The notes beneath the pieces are model-generated. The model was not told where the DNA came from, did not search any database, and saw only the letters and a list, made by a program, of their open reading frames with translations. DNA of 61,433 nt, the filler included. It is 10 parts of 10 records of this genome, joined end to end, with 100 filler letters (N's around TTAATTAATTAA, not from the genome) between each part and the next. Parts side by side here need not be neighbours in the genome. Positions count along the whole stretch, not along the records: positions 18,683 to 24,553 come from SRR31147125_435587; positions 24,654 to 31,416 come from SRR31147125_436585; positions 31,517 to 36,608 come from SRR31147125_436874; 7 more parts are not named here. One strand, written 5' to 3'. A program made the translations under genes and the position numbers. This document shows, piece after piece, positions 21,186 to 32,701 of the stretch (the stretch's first letter is position 1; every line of letters begins with the position of its first letter).

Positions 21186-22567
21186 TTACTCTTCCTCTCC
21201 CGTGAAACTTCCGAGGAAATCCAGAAGGTCCTTCATCTGATACCGGCCGATCAGAAATTCCGGAGCAGATCCGTCTATGCTCACAGCCAGAAAATCCCTG
21301 TCGTATTCGAAGAACTCCGCTCCGGTGGATCCGGGATTCCCGCTGTTCCCCTGGAATTCCACTGAAGCAACCGCCTCTCCGGGGGTAAAAGTTCCGGGAA
21401 TCTCTCCCTCGGTCAGGAGGAACAGGAGTTTCTGATACAGATCCTTGAAGGGATCCTCCTCTATCTGCCGTCCCTGGTAGAAGTATTCGGTGGTTTCTTC
21501 GTCTATCCGGTTCAGTTTTCCTTCCCACTGAGAGTCGGGGGTCCGGATGGTGAATCCGTCGATGAGATCGATACCCACCAGGCGGACGAACCGGTCGGCC
21601 AGATCGAAGGGAGTCAGGTTCATCAGGCCGAGAGCTTCCTGAGGCAGGGTGAAGATTCCCTCCCTTCCTTCAAGGGTGCAGTAGACCTCTCCGTCCGCAT
21701 TCCGGTTGCCGATCCGGAAGTGCAGTTCCGTTCCCTGCCGGTCTTTCAGCACCAGCTCCCGGGCACTTCCGTCCAGTCCGGTTTCCTCTGCCGGTGTCTC
21801 CGGCGGGATGAAGGAGGCTATGGCGAAATTGGTCAGCAGGGCTTCCAGTTCTTTGGAGAGAACTTCCGTATTGACCGCCACGGGCCGCTTGTAGGGTTTC
21901 AGCATCACAAAGGGATTCAGGGTGCTGGCAAAGGCCTCATACTGATAGTAGGGGACAATTTCCACCGGCCGGTCGCCTCCGATCATCAGATAGGTCAGCT
22001 CTCCGCCGTTGAAAGCCGGAAGCGACCGGTCCCGGAAGGCCGCCAGCGGGGCGGTAAACCGGCTGCTGTAATAGGAGGAGAGGAGATAGATCCGGGGATC
22101 CCCCTCTTTCCGTATGTAGGAGCCCGAACCGGTCGGGCTGGCATCTCCGATCTCCAGGCGGACCGCTGTACCGTCTGTTCCGGTCAGAGACACTTCCGCC
22201 CGGGGGTGATCGAATCCGTACCGGGCCGCGTCCGTTCCCTCCTGATCAATGATCTGAGAACTGGTCAGCCGCATCGCGGCGGATGCCAGGGCTCCCGCCG
22301 CCTGCTGGTCCAGCCGGACATTTCCGTTGGACCGGAGGACCCATCCGGAGCCGGCGCGGACAAGTTCGAAGGAGTCCGACTCATTCCGGATTTCCAGGGA
22401 TGCCACCTCGTCTTCGTTCAGTTCCGTCAGCCGGTAGATTTCCGCCGGTTCGGGCGCCGGAGCGGGCGTATCCTCCTCCTTCCCGCCGGTGAGGGAGATC
22501 AGGGCATATCCGGCCGCCAGAACTGCCGCGGCGGCCAGGATAACGTATAGCTGCTTCTTTTTTTCAA
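21186..22567 (-). CDS. DUF4340-domain protein, apparent 1-nt deletion in the A-run just after the TTG start
   Basis: AGGAGG RBS and TTGA overlap with the upstream gene. N-terminal hydrophobic anchor. YGFDHP..V...LEIGDASPTGSGSY...FRDRSL. Confidence 0.8.
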
Positions 22568-24012
22568 AGGTGCTTCCTCCTGAGGACGATGACCGTGGCG
22601 GCCAGGATGATCAGCAGGGGAAGAAGGATGATCACGATGCCTGCATAGATCCATGCCTGAAGGGCGTTCATCTGGAGCGGCAGGCGGAAGAGGCTTTTGC
22701 TGGGGATGTTGACCGATTCGCCCTGGTCGCTCAGCCAGTTCAGGCTGTTCAGAAAGAACTCGATATTCGCCTTGATCTGACCCAGGCCGGGCAGAACCGA
22801 CAGGGATTTTCCGCTGCCCATGACAACCAGTCTGGCTCCTTCGGGCATGCCCGTATCCCGGTTCGTTTCGGTGACCGAAGCCGCGACCGTAACCGGTCCC
22901 TGTATATCCGATGCGATTCGGTTCTCCGATCCGTCGTTGAGATCTGTCCGGAGCCAGCTGTTGGCGGAGGAGGTCAGAAGGGGGGTCACATCCAGGTTCC
23001 GTTTCCTGATTGCCGTTTCCGTCATACCCATGGCGGCGAAAACAAAGGCGTCCAGACTGTTCTCTTTCAGGTTGTCCGTAATGGCGTTCTCATCGGGAAG
23101 CCGGGGGGAGAAGAATACGGGATTGTTCCCCATTCCCGGCAGGAGCCGGTTGGTATCTTTTTCCATCACCACGCCCCGCTGCATTTCCAGGTTCCAGGAG
23201 GCCAGGAGGCTGTTGAGTTCGGGCATGGTGTCTTCCGCCAGGTCCAGAGAGATGAACAGGGCTCCGCCGGCTGCCAGGTAGTCTCCCAGGGCTTCCGATT
23301 CCCGGGGAGAGAGATCCCGTTCGGGGGAGAGGATCACCACAACATCCGCATCGGCAGGCACTGAGCCCATCCGCATCAGGTTCAGGGATTCGGAGACGTA
23401 GTTGGCCTTAGTCAGGGGATCCGCCAGGTTGAGTTCCGCCAGCTTGTATTCGTTGTGTCCTTCCAGCTCGTAGACTTTCGGTTCCCGTCCGGTGGTCACA
23501 TAGGCCAGAGCGGCGGTGATCCGCTGCTCTACCGTCATACCGAGTATCTGGGGGCGTCCCTGCTGGTCGTAGCTGATGTTGTAGAGATCGAAACGGTTGA
23601 TGACCCGGGCGTTGTCGCCGGATACCACCAGGACGCTGCCGGGGGAGACGGTCTGCCCCTCTTCGGAATACCGGGAAATGAGGCCGGGATTCCGGTCGGG
23701 ATCGAGGGTTTCCACCCGGATGGCCGGGGAGGCGCTGTCGTAGCGTTCCAGAACTTCCATTACATCCTTCGTCTCCTGACCGGGTTTGGACAGCAGGTAG
23801 ATCACGGTTTCCTGTTCGATCGAGTCGATCAGGGTGACGGTCTGCTCGGTCAGGGAGAAGAGTTTCTTGCGGGTCATGTCCAGCTGGGCGGGGATCTTCT
23901 GAACCAGCAGGTTCAGGATGATCAGGCCGATCAGGACGGTTATATTGGTCACGGCGGCCAGACCGGCGTGACGGGACTTGAAATTCAGTTTCAGATTTTC
24001 TTTCAGGTTCAT
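22564..24012 (-). CDS. GldG-like ABC transporter auxiliary component
   Basis: N- and C-terminal TM helices, LDMTRKKLFSL, LDPDRNP, EQRITAAL, GHNE and NIEFFLNSLNWL. Confidence 0.85.
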   Translation of the reverse strand: MNLKENLKLNFKSRHAGLAAVTNITVLIGLIILNLLVQKIPAQLDMTRKKLFSLTEQTVTLIDSIEQETVIYLLSKPGQETKDVMEVLERYDSASPAIRVETLDPDRNPGLISRYSEEGQTVSPGSVLVVSGDNARVINRFDLYNISYDQQGRPQILGMTVEQRITAALAYVTTGREPKVYELEGHNEYKLAELNLADPLTKANYVSESLNLMRMGSVPADADVVVILSPERDLSPRESEALGDYLAAGGALFISLDLAEDTMPELNSLLASWNLEMQRGVVMEKDTNRLLPGMGNNPVFFSPRLPDENAITDNLKENSLDAFVFAAMGMTETAIRKRNLDVTPLLTSSANSWLRTDLNDGSENRIASDIQGPVTVAASVTETNRDTGMPEGARLVVMGSGKSLSVLPGLGQIKANIEFFLNSLNWLSDQGESVNIPSKSLFRLPLQMNALQAWIYAGIVIILLPLLIILAATVIVLRRKHL

Positions 24013-24025
24013 TTGTTTGTTCTCC

Positions 24026-24553
24026 TCAGCTCCATCTCTGCTTTTCCAGTCTCTGAGTTGTCAGGAAGAGGAAGAACCCGGAGAAGGACAGGTAGTAGAT
24101 CACGGCATCCAGTTTCAGGATTCCCATGGGGAAGCTGTTGAACCGCTTGGTCAGGGAGAACCAGGAGAAGGTTCTGCCGATCAGGTTGATATACAGCTCC
24201 TGGTTGATCAGGTAAACCGCTCCGGAAACCGCCAGCCCGGCCAGGACGACCAGCACCGCGGAAGGGATGTTTTTGGTTGCGTTATACATCCAGAGGGCTC
24301 CCAGAGCCGTCAGGATCAGGGCAAAGGTCAGGCCTGACAGGATGGAGACGGGCATGAAGCCCCCGAGAAAGTCGATTACCCAGGTTATGATCAGAACGCA
24401 GAAGGTCAGTATGGCGGCTGAAGCCTGGCTGTCGGTCAGGGCGGAGATGAATATCCCGATGGAGATGAAGGAGCATCCCAGCAGAAAAAATCCGATATAG
24501 GTCCCGAAAATCTGTGCCGTATCCATTTTTCCATGGAACGACAGGAAGAGGGG
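24026..24553 (-). CDS. ABC-2 type permease (GldF-like), 5' truncated
   Basis: Multi-TM protein with IGIFISALTDSQ and GILKLDAVIYYLS...LEKQRWS. Confidence 0.85.
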   Translation of the reverse strand, partial: PLFLSFHGKMDTAQIFGTYIGFFLLGCSFISIGIFISALTDSQASAAILTFCVLIITWVIDFLGGFMPVSILSGLTFALILTALGALWMYNATKNIPSAVLVVLAGLAVSGAVYLINQELYINLIGRTFSWFSLTKRFNSFPMGILKLDAVIYYLSFSGFFLFLTTQRLEKQRWS

Positions 24554-24653
24554 NNNNNNNNNNNNNNNNNNNNNNNNNNNNNNNNNNNNNNNNNNNNTTA
24601 ATTAATTAANNNNNNNNNNNNNNNNNNNNNNNNNNNNNNNNNNNNNNNNNNNN

Positions 24654-27600
24654 GATTAGCTCCCCTTCCGATGTCAAGGTACGGCGAACCTAGAGGACAG
24701 ACGATCCACGGACAGAAAGGGATGGGGCCATAGGATTCCAGGTGGCATCATGGCGCACTCGTCATCACCCCAACACAGATCCGACTCTATGTGGACGGAA
24801 AATTGCAAGGCGACACAATCAGTTTGACGGATAAAGAGATTGCCCTGAAGGGTCTGGTTCGTCTTCCCGCTCCATCTTTTCTCGTTTAGTAATGACGGAC
24901 TCTGGTTCCTAAGGTGAAGAATACCCTTGGACTGGGATGGTCGGGAAGTCCCGAACTGGGTGGTACGAAGTGATCGTATGTATGCTTGTGCGCGGGGTTC
25001 ACATCTCTTCCTCCCATCAGACGCCCTCGCTGGGGAACGTACGTGGCTGGGACTCCGAGGACAAGTGGACGACCTCCGTATCTGGTGCGTGCGTCGTCAG
25101 ATGTCCCTTTCATCCGTTGCGTACGCCCTCACGGCATACGTGCGTAGGGACGTACCTGTTCCGCAACCCCAGCTCCAGGCTATGATGAATACCGAGCTAT
25201 CCGGAACAGAACCTCATCTCATTGCCTACTACAAGATGGACCATGGCAAGGTGCGAGTCGATTCTTTGAGTGGAAGCTGAGCATGGAATCACACGTGTTT
25301 GGCGACAGGCCGATAACGCCTCAACCCTCGTGGATTTCACAAGACACCAGAACAATGGAACGATTCCGTTGCTGCGGGGTGTGCGTCCATACTATCTCAT
25401 GTCTACGGCACCTATCTCGCGCTTCAATCCTCGGGGCAATACCACACTGTCGAAAGAAGGATCAGAAGATGCGCCCAACCTGGAAGTCGTACCCGAAACC
25501 GAGGTGATGAGGATTGCCGTCCTGCCGGGTCAGGTCAACATGCACATCGTAAACGGTGCGTGCGTTGTGGGGTGAGGTGCTTCTGGTTGTAATTTCGTTG
25601 CTTCAACCAGGAGTATGGGTTCCCGATCCTGATAGGGAATCGACGGCGGATGTCAACAAACTACAGTACTGTAAGAAGTTCTATCCAGATACCGTACGAG
25701 TAGTACCTTATCGGGTCGAGACGATTGCGTGCGTACGGGATGACCTGAGTTGCCCGTCATACTAAGATGCGTCTGCACGTAGAGGTTGGCTTAATGCCAA
25801 GGTCCCCTCTGCCTCTAACACAACGAATATACTACGCACATGGCGATGCATTCAACGTGGTCTGTTATCCTGTTGGGGCTGGCTTTGAGGGGCGGGCGGG
25901 GCTTCTCATTCCCATTTCTTCGTTCCTACAGGCACGGAGGACGACACTCCCCTCTCCTGTACTACCCTTTGTGTCACCATTGAGTGTGCACAATGCCTTT
26001 GTGTCACCATTGACTGCGCCAATTGCCACCTCTTCGACCCCGACGACCCTCGAGATCTCCTGGACGTTCTTCGACGTGCAAAATGTGACGGTTGCCAATT
26101 ATACCCTGGAGGTGTGTATGTGTGTGTTGTGTACTTGGAATGCATGAGGTGCTGACAGTTCTGTGGTAGATTGCGAATGGACCTGCAGGCCCTGATACAG
26201 AGTTTCGTCCAGTGTACACAGGATTGGAACTTAAGACACTTGTGACGGGTCTCGAACCTGCTCACGAGTAAGTCCCGCTATTCTACCACCACCACCACCA
26301 CCACCTTACTGGTTCCACAGGTATCGATGCCGTGTCATTGCAGCGGTTCTTGAAGGAGAAACCGTTAGTCAAATCATTTCGTCCATCCAAGTCCATCGCA
26401 CGCCAGGTATGTTTGTTGGTGCTTGTGTGTGCTGTACACGACTAATAAGGAACCACACAGAGGTATTTCCCGGAGGAGACCTTCTTGAGGGCAACTTCGT
26501 GTCGTTCATGAGAGGAAAGGTGAACATGCGCACTGAGGATGGCCAGTGGGTACCGGATGAGGATGGAAAGAGCGATTACCGTGTTAATCGTCTGGCGTAC
26601 TGTCGTAAGTTCTACTATGGTATAGTTCGAGTAGACCGCTACAAACTGGAGACCATTGACGGATGGATCGATCTCTACAATAAGTCGGCTGGGCCCCAAA
26701 CCAGCACCCAGTGGTCCTTCCGTTGCGTTAGTGGTGATATGGAGTCCTTTGCAAAGCCAATACCCCCGAGGGCACCCTTCATCTCGAAGACGACGATTGA
26801 CCTGGTCTGGCAGCCGTTTGAGCTTACGACTCCAGTAAATTACACTCTCGAAGGAGGCGTGATGGACACGGGATCTATTGTGGACACGCTCTACACAGGA
26901 CCGTTGCTTCGGTATACGGTAACGGGGCTGAAACCTGGCACGAACTATCGCTTCCGTGTGGGTGCCATTGTGCGAAAAAATAGAACCGAGGCGGACGAGG
27001 AGGAAGGAGAGGACGAGGAAGGACTGGAGGGAGAGGAAGTGCATCTTCTGTCATTGAAGTACAAGACCCTCACAACCTACAGCGACTTCGCTGTACACAA
27101 AACATTGGGAAGTGCATCGCTTTCGACTCCAAAGAACTCGCGCATCACGATTTCGGTCTCAGATGGCTTTGACTTGTTTGTGGACGGAGATCCTATTGGT
27201 TCATCTGCCGTTTCCAGCCAAGGAAGGTTTGCGACGAATCCTGTGAGTTATATGGTGGATTTGTTCGAGAACAGTACCATTGCTGTGAAGGGCTACAACC
27301 TCCAAGGCCAAGGTGGCATTCTTCTGATGGTAACCGGGCAGTACAAGGTCGTATCGAACCCACGAACATGGAAGTGTACATCACGCCTCGACGAGAACGA
27401 AACGGACAATGGCTATGACGACCTCCACTGGGCCAAGGCAGTGTCCTATGGATTCAATGGGAACGCTCTGTGGGGTTTCAAGCCTCAAATTTCAAAGGAT
27501 GCCGAATGGATCTGGACAGAGGACAATGAATCCCGGAACCCTGTGGTGTGCCGCTTCTCCTTAAATCAGGGCTCAGGCATTCTACAGCATGGAAAACCGA

Positions 27601-28967
27601 ACGACCCGGACGAGGGGTTTGTCTGTTTCGGCGATACGGAGGGGCCTGTGTGCTCTGGACACGGAGTCTGTGTTGGTACAGACCAATGTCGATGTTTCAC
27701 TGGATGGAACGGAACTCACTGTGATGAGTGCGTCTCGGAAATTCTCTGTGGCGGCCACGGACTGTGTGACAAGAACTTCGGTGGGCAGTGTTCCTGTAAT
27801 CCAGGTTCGTTATTCGGGCGCGTGTCGCCACTAACTAACTCCTTTGGCTAGGTTGGACGGGTCCTCGCTGCATGACGTGTGACGGCAAAGTCATGTGTAA
27901 TGGTCGTGGCACGTGTACGCCCGATGGGACGTGCTCGTGCTTCGAGGGATACAGTGGGCTCCGATGTGAAGTAGCGGACAATGACCTCATTTGCACGAAA
28001 CACGGTGTCGCCAATGTGCGTTTCCCATGATTTGTTTTGTGCGTCCTAGGTTGATGACGGTGGTGGTGGTGGCGGTTTGTTCAGCAAAATGGTCTTGGAT
28101 GTCAATGTGAATTCGGCTGGTCGGGGACGCAGTGTGGGTTGTGTGATCCCCTCGCTCTATGTTCCGGACACGGGAGTTGCACCCCGGACGGGGCATGCAA
28201 CTGCGACGACGGATTCACTGGGGATAAGTGTCAGAAATGCGATCCAGACATTCTGTGCGGTGGGCACGGCAGTTGCACAAGTGACGGGGATTGTGAGGTG
28301 GGCAAGGATGAGAGGGATGACTGACTGATAGGTGCTCATTCCTTGAAAGTGTTTTGCGGGCTGGCTTGGCACTGCGTGCAACGCCTGCGACCCACAAGTA
28401 ATGTGTAATGGTAAGGGCACATGTGGACCGGCAGGTAAGTGCAAATGCGACGCCGGCTTCCAAGGCGATCGATGCGAATACACTCGTGCGTGGAGAGCCC
28501 GGCCTTTATGTCGTAATGATCCTTACGTTCCTACGATAGTCCATGTCTCTGGAGTGAAACATGACGAGGGGACCACCAGCATCATGGGCCGAGCGGCCGA
28601 TGTGATCATTGGGATCTGTGTGTTATTTCTTTGCACCTGTTGCACCTACCTGTCCGTGTGCTCATTTTCCTTGTAGCGGCTGGCATCATGGCCACACTCC
28701 TCATTGCCCTGATCATTATCAAGGCACTTGGCATTGGCAGTGCGACTTGGAGGGGATATCAGCGTGTTGGAGATGGCGGAATCGGAGGCGGGCGAGGCGG
28801 GCGAGGCACCCAAGCACTGGGTACGTGTGCTGCGCCCTGTGTGCGTACTCATCAACTGACTTTTCACCTGATGACAAGACACACTCTTTCATCGGCGAGA
28901 TGTTGAAGGTCAGACGTCCTTACTGCGCCATCGTGGCGAAGGTGATCCCGGCGAGCACGAAGTCTGA
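24654..28967 (+). CDS. Multi-exon type-I membrane protein: LamG-like, (APP-N-like + FN3) x2, lectin-like jelly-roll, EGF/tenascin repeats, TM; 5' truncated
   Basis: RLYVDGK...GQVDDLRIW...LIAYYKMD (LamG); YTVTGLKPGTNYRFRV (FN3); WKCT..YDDLHW..AEWIWT; several CSGHGxC..C.C..GW.G..C repeats; IIGISAGIMATLLIALIII helix. Confidence 0.75.
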
Positions 28968-29109
28968 AATCTTCAACCCCTACACACACACACACAAAAC
29001 ACGAAACACGAAACACGAAACAACGCAACAAGACTTCGCTCGAATGGTTGTATTCCTGGGACGCATTACAACTACAGGGAGTGGAAAGAAGCGGGAACTC
29101 CACCACTGT

Positions 29110-30790
29110 TCAGACGCCCTTCTCGGTCGGGGTCTCAAAGGTGAAGGGTGGGGTCGCCTGCTCTGCCATCTCGTGGGACTCGTACTCTTCATGGTAGAGA
29201 GGTCGGTGTTGTCCCCCGCAGTGGGGACAGAACATCTCGCATTGTTCAGGAATGATGGAGAGGGACGGTGCCTCCGGCCGCTTGACATCTCCACATACAA
29301 TCTTGAGCGTGTGGCACATGTCGCGTCCAATCACATGACGCACAACACCGGCAGCCTTTGTACACCAAACGGGGGACTCCTTTGCACGTAGGACACATGT
29401 GGCCAATTGTGCATGACAGTGACAAGATGCTGGACTGGCACCTTCTGATCCTGCTTCCGAGAGACAGTTGCGATGTTGAAGGCAACAACCATCGGTCTCG
29501 TCACACGGTGCCTCGCCGTTACAACCCGTGAAATCAGCACCACAGAATTTCCCGAAGGAAGTCAAAGCCTCCATTCCCGTTTCATTCGTGCTGAACCACG
29601 ATCTGACTGTTGTTCCGTTCACACGAGTTCCCGGGCACCTGCAAGCCGTGGCACATGTGTGCTCCTCGCTCAAACCATCGGCCACAGACCGATTCTCCCC
29701 CGGTCGAAGTATGTCCGTGAGGCGCATCGGATTCTCCATGATCCATCCAAAGGCATCGTGCAGACGTGACGTCACAAGTCCACTTCCCTCCTGAGGCTTG
29801 TCCATGCCAATCACCGCATCCAGTTGTGGGATCTCATCCTTCGAGAAGAGGAAGGCGAAGGGAATGGAAGCATTGTTAACGGGAGCGTTGCGGACATGGT
29901 GCGGGATGGTACAAGCTTCACTTGAACTCGGCTGGTGGGCTACACGTGATACGTAGCCGGTCACCTTGTCCTTGTTCGTCGTTTTGTCCCAGGCAGGTGC
30001 GGCGGTGGGAGGATGATAGGGTGTTGCACGTTTCCGCTTCCGAATGGTCTCGGGGAGGGACGGCAGTCCTTCTCCCTCGGTTGCAACTTGTGACCAGTCC
30101 ACACTGATGGGAGTTTGATTGCTCAGGGCGGAAAGGGTGACATTCGGCTCCCAGACAATAATAGGAACTGTGTCGTTGGTCGTGTTCGCTGTTGAGTAGT
30201 TGGTGCGAACAGAGGTGGGTCGTGGCAACAGGGGCGTTGAGGGGATGGTAGTGTTGGTCTCATTGCCTGTACCGTTGGCCCACCTCCATCGTGTGCCATT
30301 CAGGGAGGTATTGCTTGTGCCGTTGGCCCACGGGATATCAGCCGATACGGTCCCTAGCGCGTCGTCCTCGTCCCCGTCTACAATGTCGCCTTCCAACTCC
30401 TCGTAGTGTAACACCTGGTTCGGTTCGGACTCTTGACCCTCATCATACAGGAATCCTTCATCAGTGGACTCCTTCAGGTCGTCATTCCCGTGGTGCATGG
30501 GGTTCACCTCCCACGGTGATACGTGTCTGACGTTCTTCACGTGAACAACGAGCGATACAAGGGGTAGGGAGCCTTCTACGTACCCTTCTAAAGATTCTGC
30601 ACCATCTGGAGCAAGGGTTGCTTCACCAATAGGGGCCTGAGGAGTGGCGGCTGGATACCAACAACAACACGGGGGGTGAGCGGCGTGGACACGTCCCCCA
30701 CCCCTCGCCCCTCGCCCCAGCACAAGACGCACCACCAAGGCAGACTAACCCCAGTAGCCCTAGCGCCAACCAAGGACACGGCGGCGCCAT
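29110..30790 (-). CDS. Secreted protein with a long acidic/Thr-rich region and a plant-type (group XI) sPLA2-like domain
   Basis: Signal peptide MAPPCPWLALGLLGLVCLG, a GTGCGT..CAG intron, and FGKFCGADFTGCNGEAPCDETDGCCLQHRNC. Confidence 0.75.
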
Positions 30791-30879
30791 CACCCCCTCC
30801 ACAAGAGAGAGGAATGAGAGGGAGCGCCCCTTAAGAGAAGGAAAAAAAATGGAGAAAGTCATTTTTGTGTTACAAGGTT

Positions 30880-31357
30880 TTTCGCTCATTCGTAGATCTG
30901 GCGACTGTGTTCTGCTCGATCGTATTGTGAGATACCTTCTCATTTCTTATGGGAAGACAAACCTTATGAAACCCGTGGCGTCCCTCAACTGCCACGGGTT
31001 CCTCCAATTCGATCTCTTCCACGACTGCAACTGTGGATGCGGATACCAGGGCCGCACGATCCCTTCGTGTGAACCATCCATCACCCACAGACATCATGAC
31101 ACCTTCAATCTCTCCTTGGACCCTGGCCCTCTTGGGTGAAAACGATGAACGATCCTCTTCTTCGTTCTCGGTGATGTCTTCCACAGGAACTTGTTTCTTG
31201 ATCGCGGTCACGGCCTCCTCCGAGTCTCCAATTTCTTCAACCACATCTTCTCCTATCCTTCCCAGAGGTTTGGCCTTCAAGATGGATACGATCAGTTTGT
31301 CTTGAGTGATTAGACGCTTTTGGAGAATTGTCATGGCGAGTTTGGCCTTCCCATCCT
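30880..31357 (-). CDS. 3' exons of an unidentified eukaryotic protein
   Basis: Open acidic reading frame (DGKAKLAMTILQK...) bounded by splice-like sites. No recognisable motif. Coordinates approximate. Confidence 0.4.
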
Positions 31358-31600
31358 GTGGACGAAAGCTTGAGAAGAAGCGAAGGAACAACAAACAAAC
31401 AAACAAACAAACAAACNNNNNNNNNNNNNNNNNNNNNNNNNNNNNNNNNNNNNNNNNNNNTTAATTAATTAANNNNNNNNNNNNNNNNNNNNNNNNNNNN
31501 NNNNNNNNNNNNNNNNCCAAGATCTTTCTTGTGAATTTATCACATTGCGATCCTGTGAATGCCGCAGGAATGAGGCTGCTTTATGTTTACAATGATGTAA

Positions 31601-32350
31601 TCAGTATGTTCTTGCATATGGAACATGCTGGTCTCCCAAGGAGGCGAAAGTTACTCCAACTTTGGTGTCGCGCCCTGTGATAGTACCAGCGGACCAAGGG
31701 TCTCCTTCGTTGTTTCCACTTTTCTCCCAATGCTGGAGGTCATAGGCCATTTCTCTATGTTTTGATTTGTTTGAGTTCCAAGAGGGCGATTTAATGACAA
31801 AGTAATATGTCTGATCAAGAAGCATCATTTCGGCAGCGGTTGTTTCAACACAATATGTTCTTTTATTTCCATCGCTTGCCTGTGTATCTATGTAGGCGTG
31901 GGGCATGTTGGACGCCCAATAATGATTATTGACCCGGGGACCCGGCCTTACCCACCCTTTTGTAGGTAATCCTAGGAATGTAGAGAAACAAAGTTTGATG
32001 TCGGGCTCAAACGCAGTACTTGGACCTTTGTGGAGTCGATCCAAACGACTCTGTGTTGACCAGGAGCCATTCCATTCGAATATTCGTTTGCTGCCTTGCG
32101 AGTAAATATTGATGTGATGTACGTCTGGTTCAAAGGAAGTGTCGGACATAATTGATCTTGAAGAAGTGGAAAGCCCCTCCTCTTCTGGAACTCCCTCAGG
32201 ATATGTCTGGACTACTACCTCTATTCTGCTATCAGCTGCTAATAGGGCCAAAGAGGATTCATCTAGGATTACAGCCTGTATGTCACTGACAGTTGTATCA
32301 TCTAGCATAAGAGAATCAGGAAGCGACAATCCTGCCGTGATTTCATCCAT
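31601..32350 (-). CDS. Hypothetical protein, AT-richer than its neighbours
   Basis: About 249 aa from MDEITAG, containing WASNMPHAYIDT. True start uncertain. Confidence 0.65.
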   Translation of the reverse strand: MDEITAGLSLPDSLMLDDTTVSDIQAVILDESSLALLAADSRIEVVVQTYPEGVPEEEGLSTSSRSIMSDTSFEPDVHHINIYSQGSKRIFEWNGSWSTQSRLDRLHKGPSTAFEPDIKLCFSTFLGLPTKGWVRPGPRVNNHYWASNMPHAYIDTQASDGNKRTYCVETTAAEMMLLDQTYYFVIKSPSWNSNKSKHREMAYDLQHWEKSGNNEGDPWSAGTITGRDTKVGVTFASLGDQHVPYARTY

Positions 32351-32386
32351 TTTGTTCGTGTTTCCGATCCCACAGGTGATCGCCGG

Positions 32387-32545
32387 GTTGAGACGGCCAA
32401 GCTGGCCGCCAGTGATGCGGCCACGAACGACCAATTTGGATATTCGGTGTCGATCTCGGGAGATACCGCGATCGTGGGGGCTCCTTATGATGATGGCGGG
32501 ACTGATACTGGATCGGCCTATTTCTTCGGGAAGGGCACATTGTAG
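32387..32545 (+). pseudogene. Orphan FG-GAP repeat, the C-terminal remnant of a beta-propeller gene
   Basis: VETAKLAASDAATNDQFGYSVSISGDTAIVGAPYDDGGTDTGSAYFF...* with no in-frame start nearby. Confidence 0.75.
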
Positions 32546-32565
32546 AGTGATCAGGATTTCTATTC

Positions 32566-32600
32566 AGGGCCACCAGGAATCACTCCTGGTGGCCCTTTCT
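32566..32600 (+). terminator. Rho-independent terminator after the FG-GAP remnant
   Basis: AGGGCCACCAGGA-atcac-TCCTGGTGGCCCT followed by TTCT. Confidence 0.75.
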
Positions 32601-32623
32601 GTGTAAAGTTTAGATTTCTCTTT

Positions 32624-32639
32624 CGTAACATGGGTTACG
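32624..32639. promoter_or_regulatory. Probable HcpR operator upstream of hcp
   Basis: Perfect palindrome CGTAAC-ATGG-GTTACG 62 nt before the hcp ATG. Fits the GTAAC-N4-GTTAC type of HcpR site. Confidence 0.75.
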
Positions 32640-32701
32640 GACTGCTTCCGGAAACATGGCTATCCTGCCGCCATATCAACCGAGTATTGAAGGAGTTTGC
32701 C

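Noticed and set aside
31387-31416. (AAAC)n here, and (GATGAG)n at 36709, (GT)n at 42755 and (GATG)n at ~55460, as telomeres
   Set aside because: The unit differs at each contig end. These are microsatellites where the assembly broke.
31529-31545. TTGTGAATTTATCACAT as a CRP- or Rex-type site
   Set aside because: Spacing is one base short of either consensus and the target gene lies off the contig. It cannot be supported without reads.
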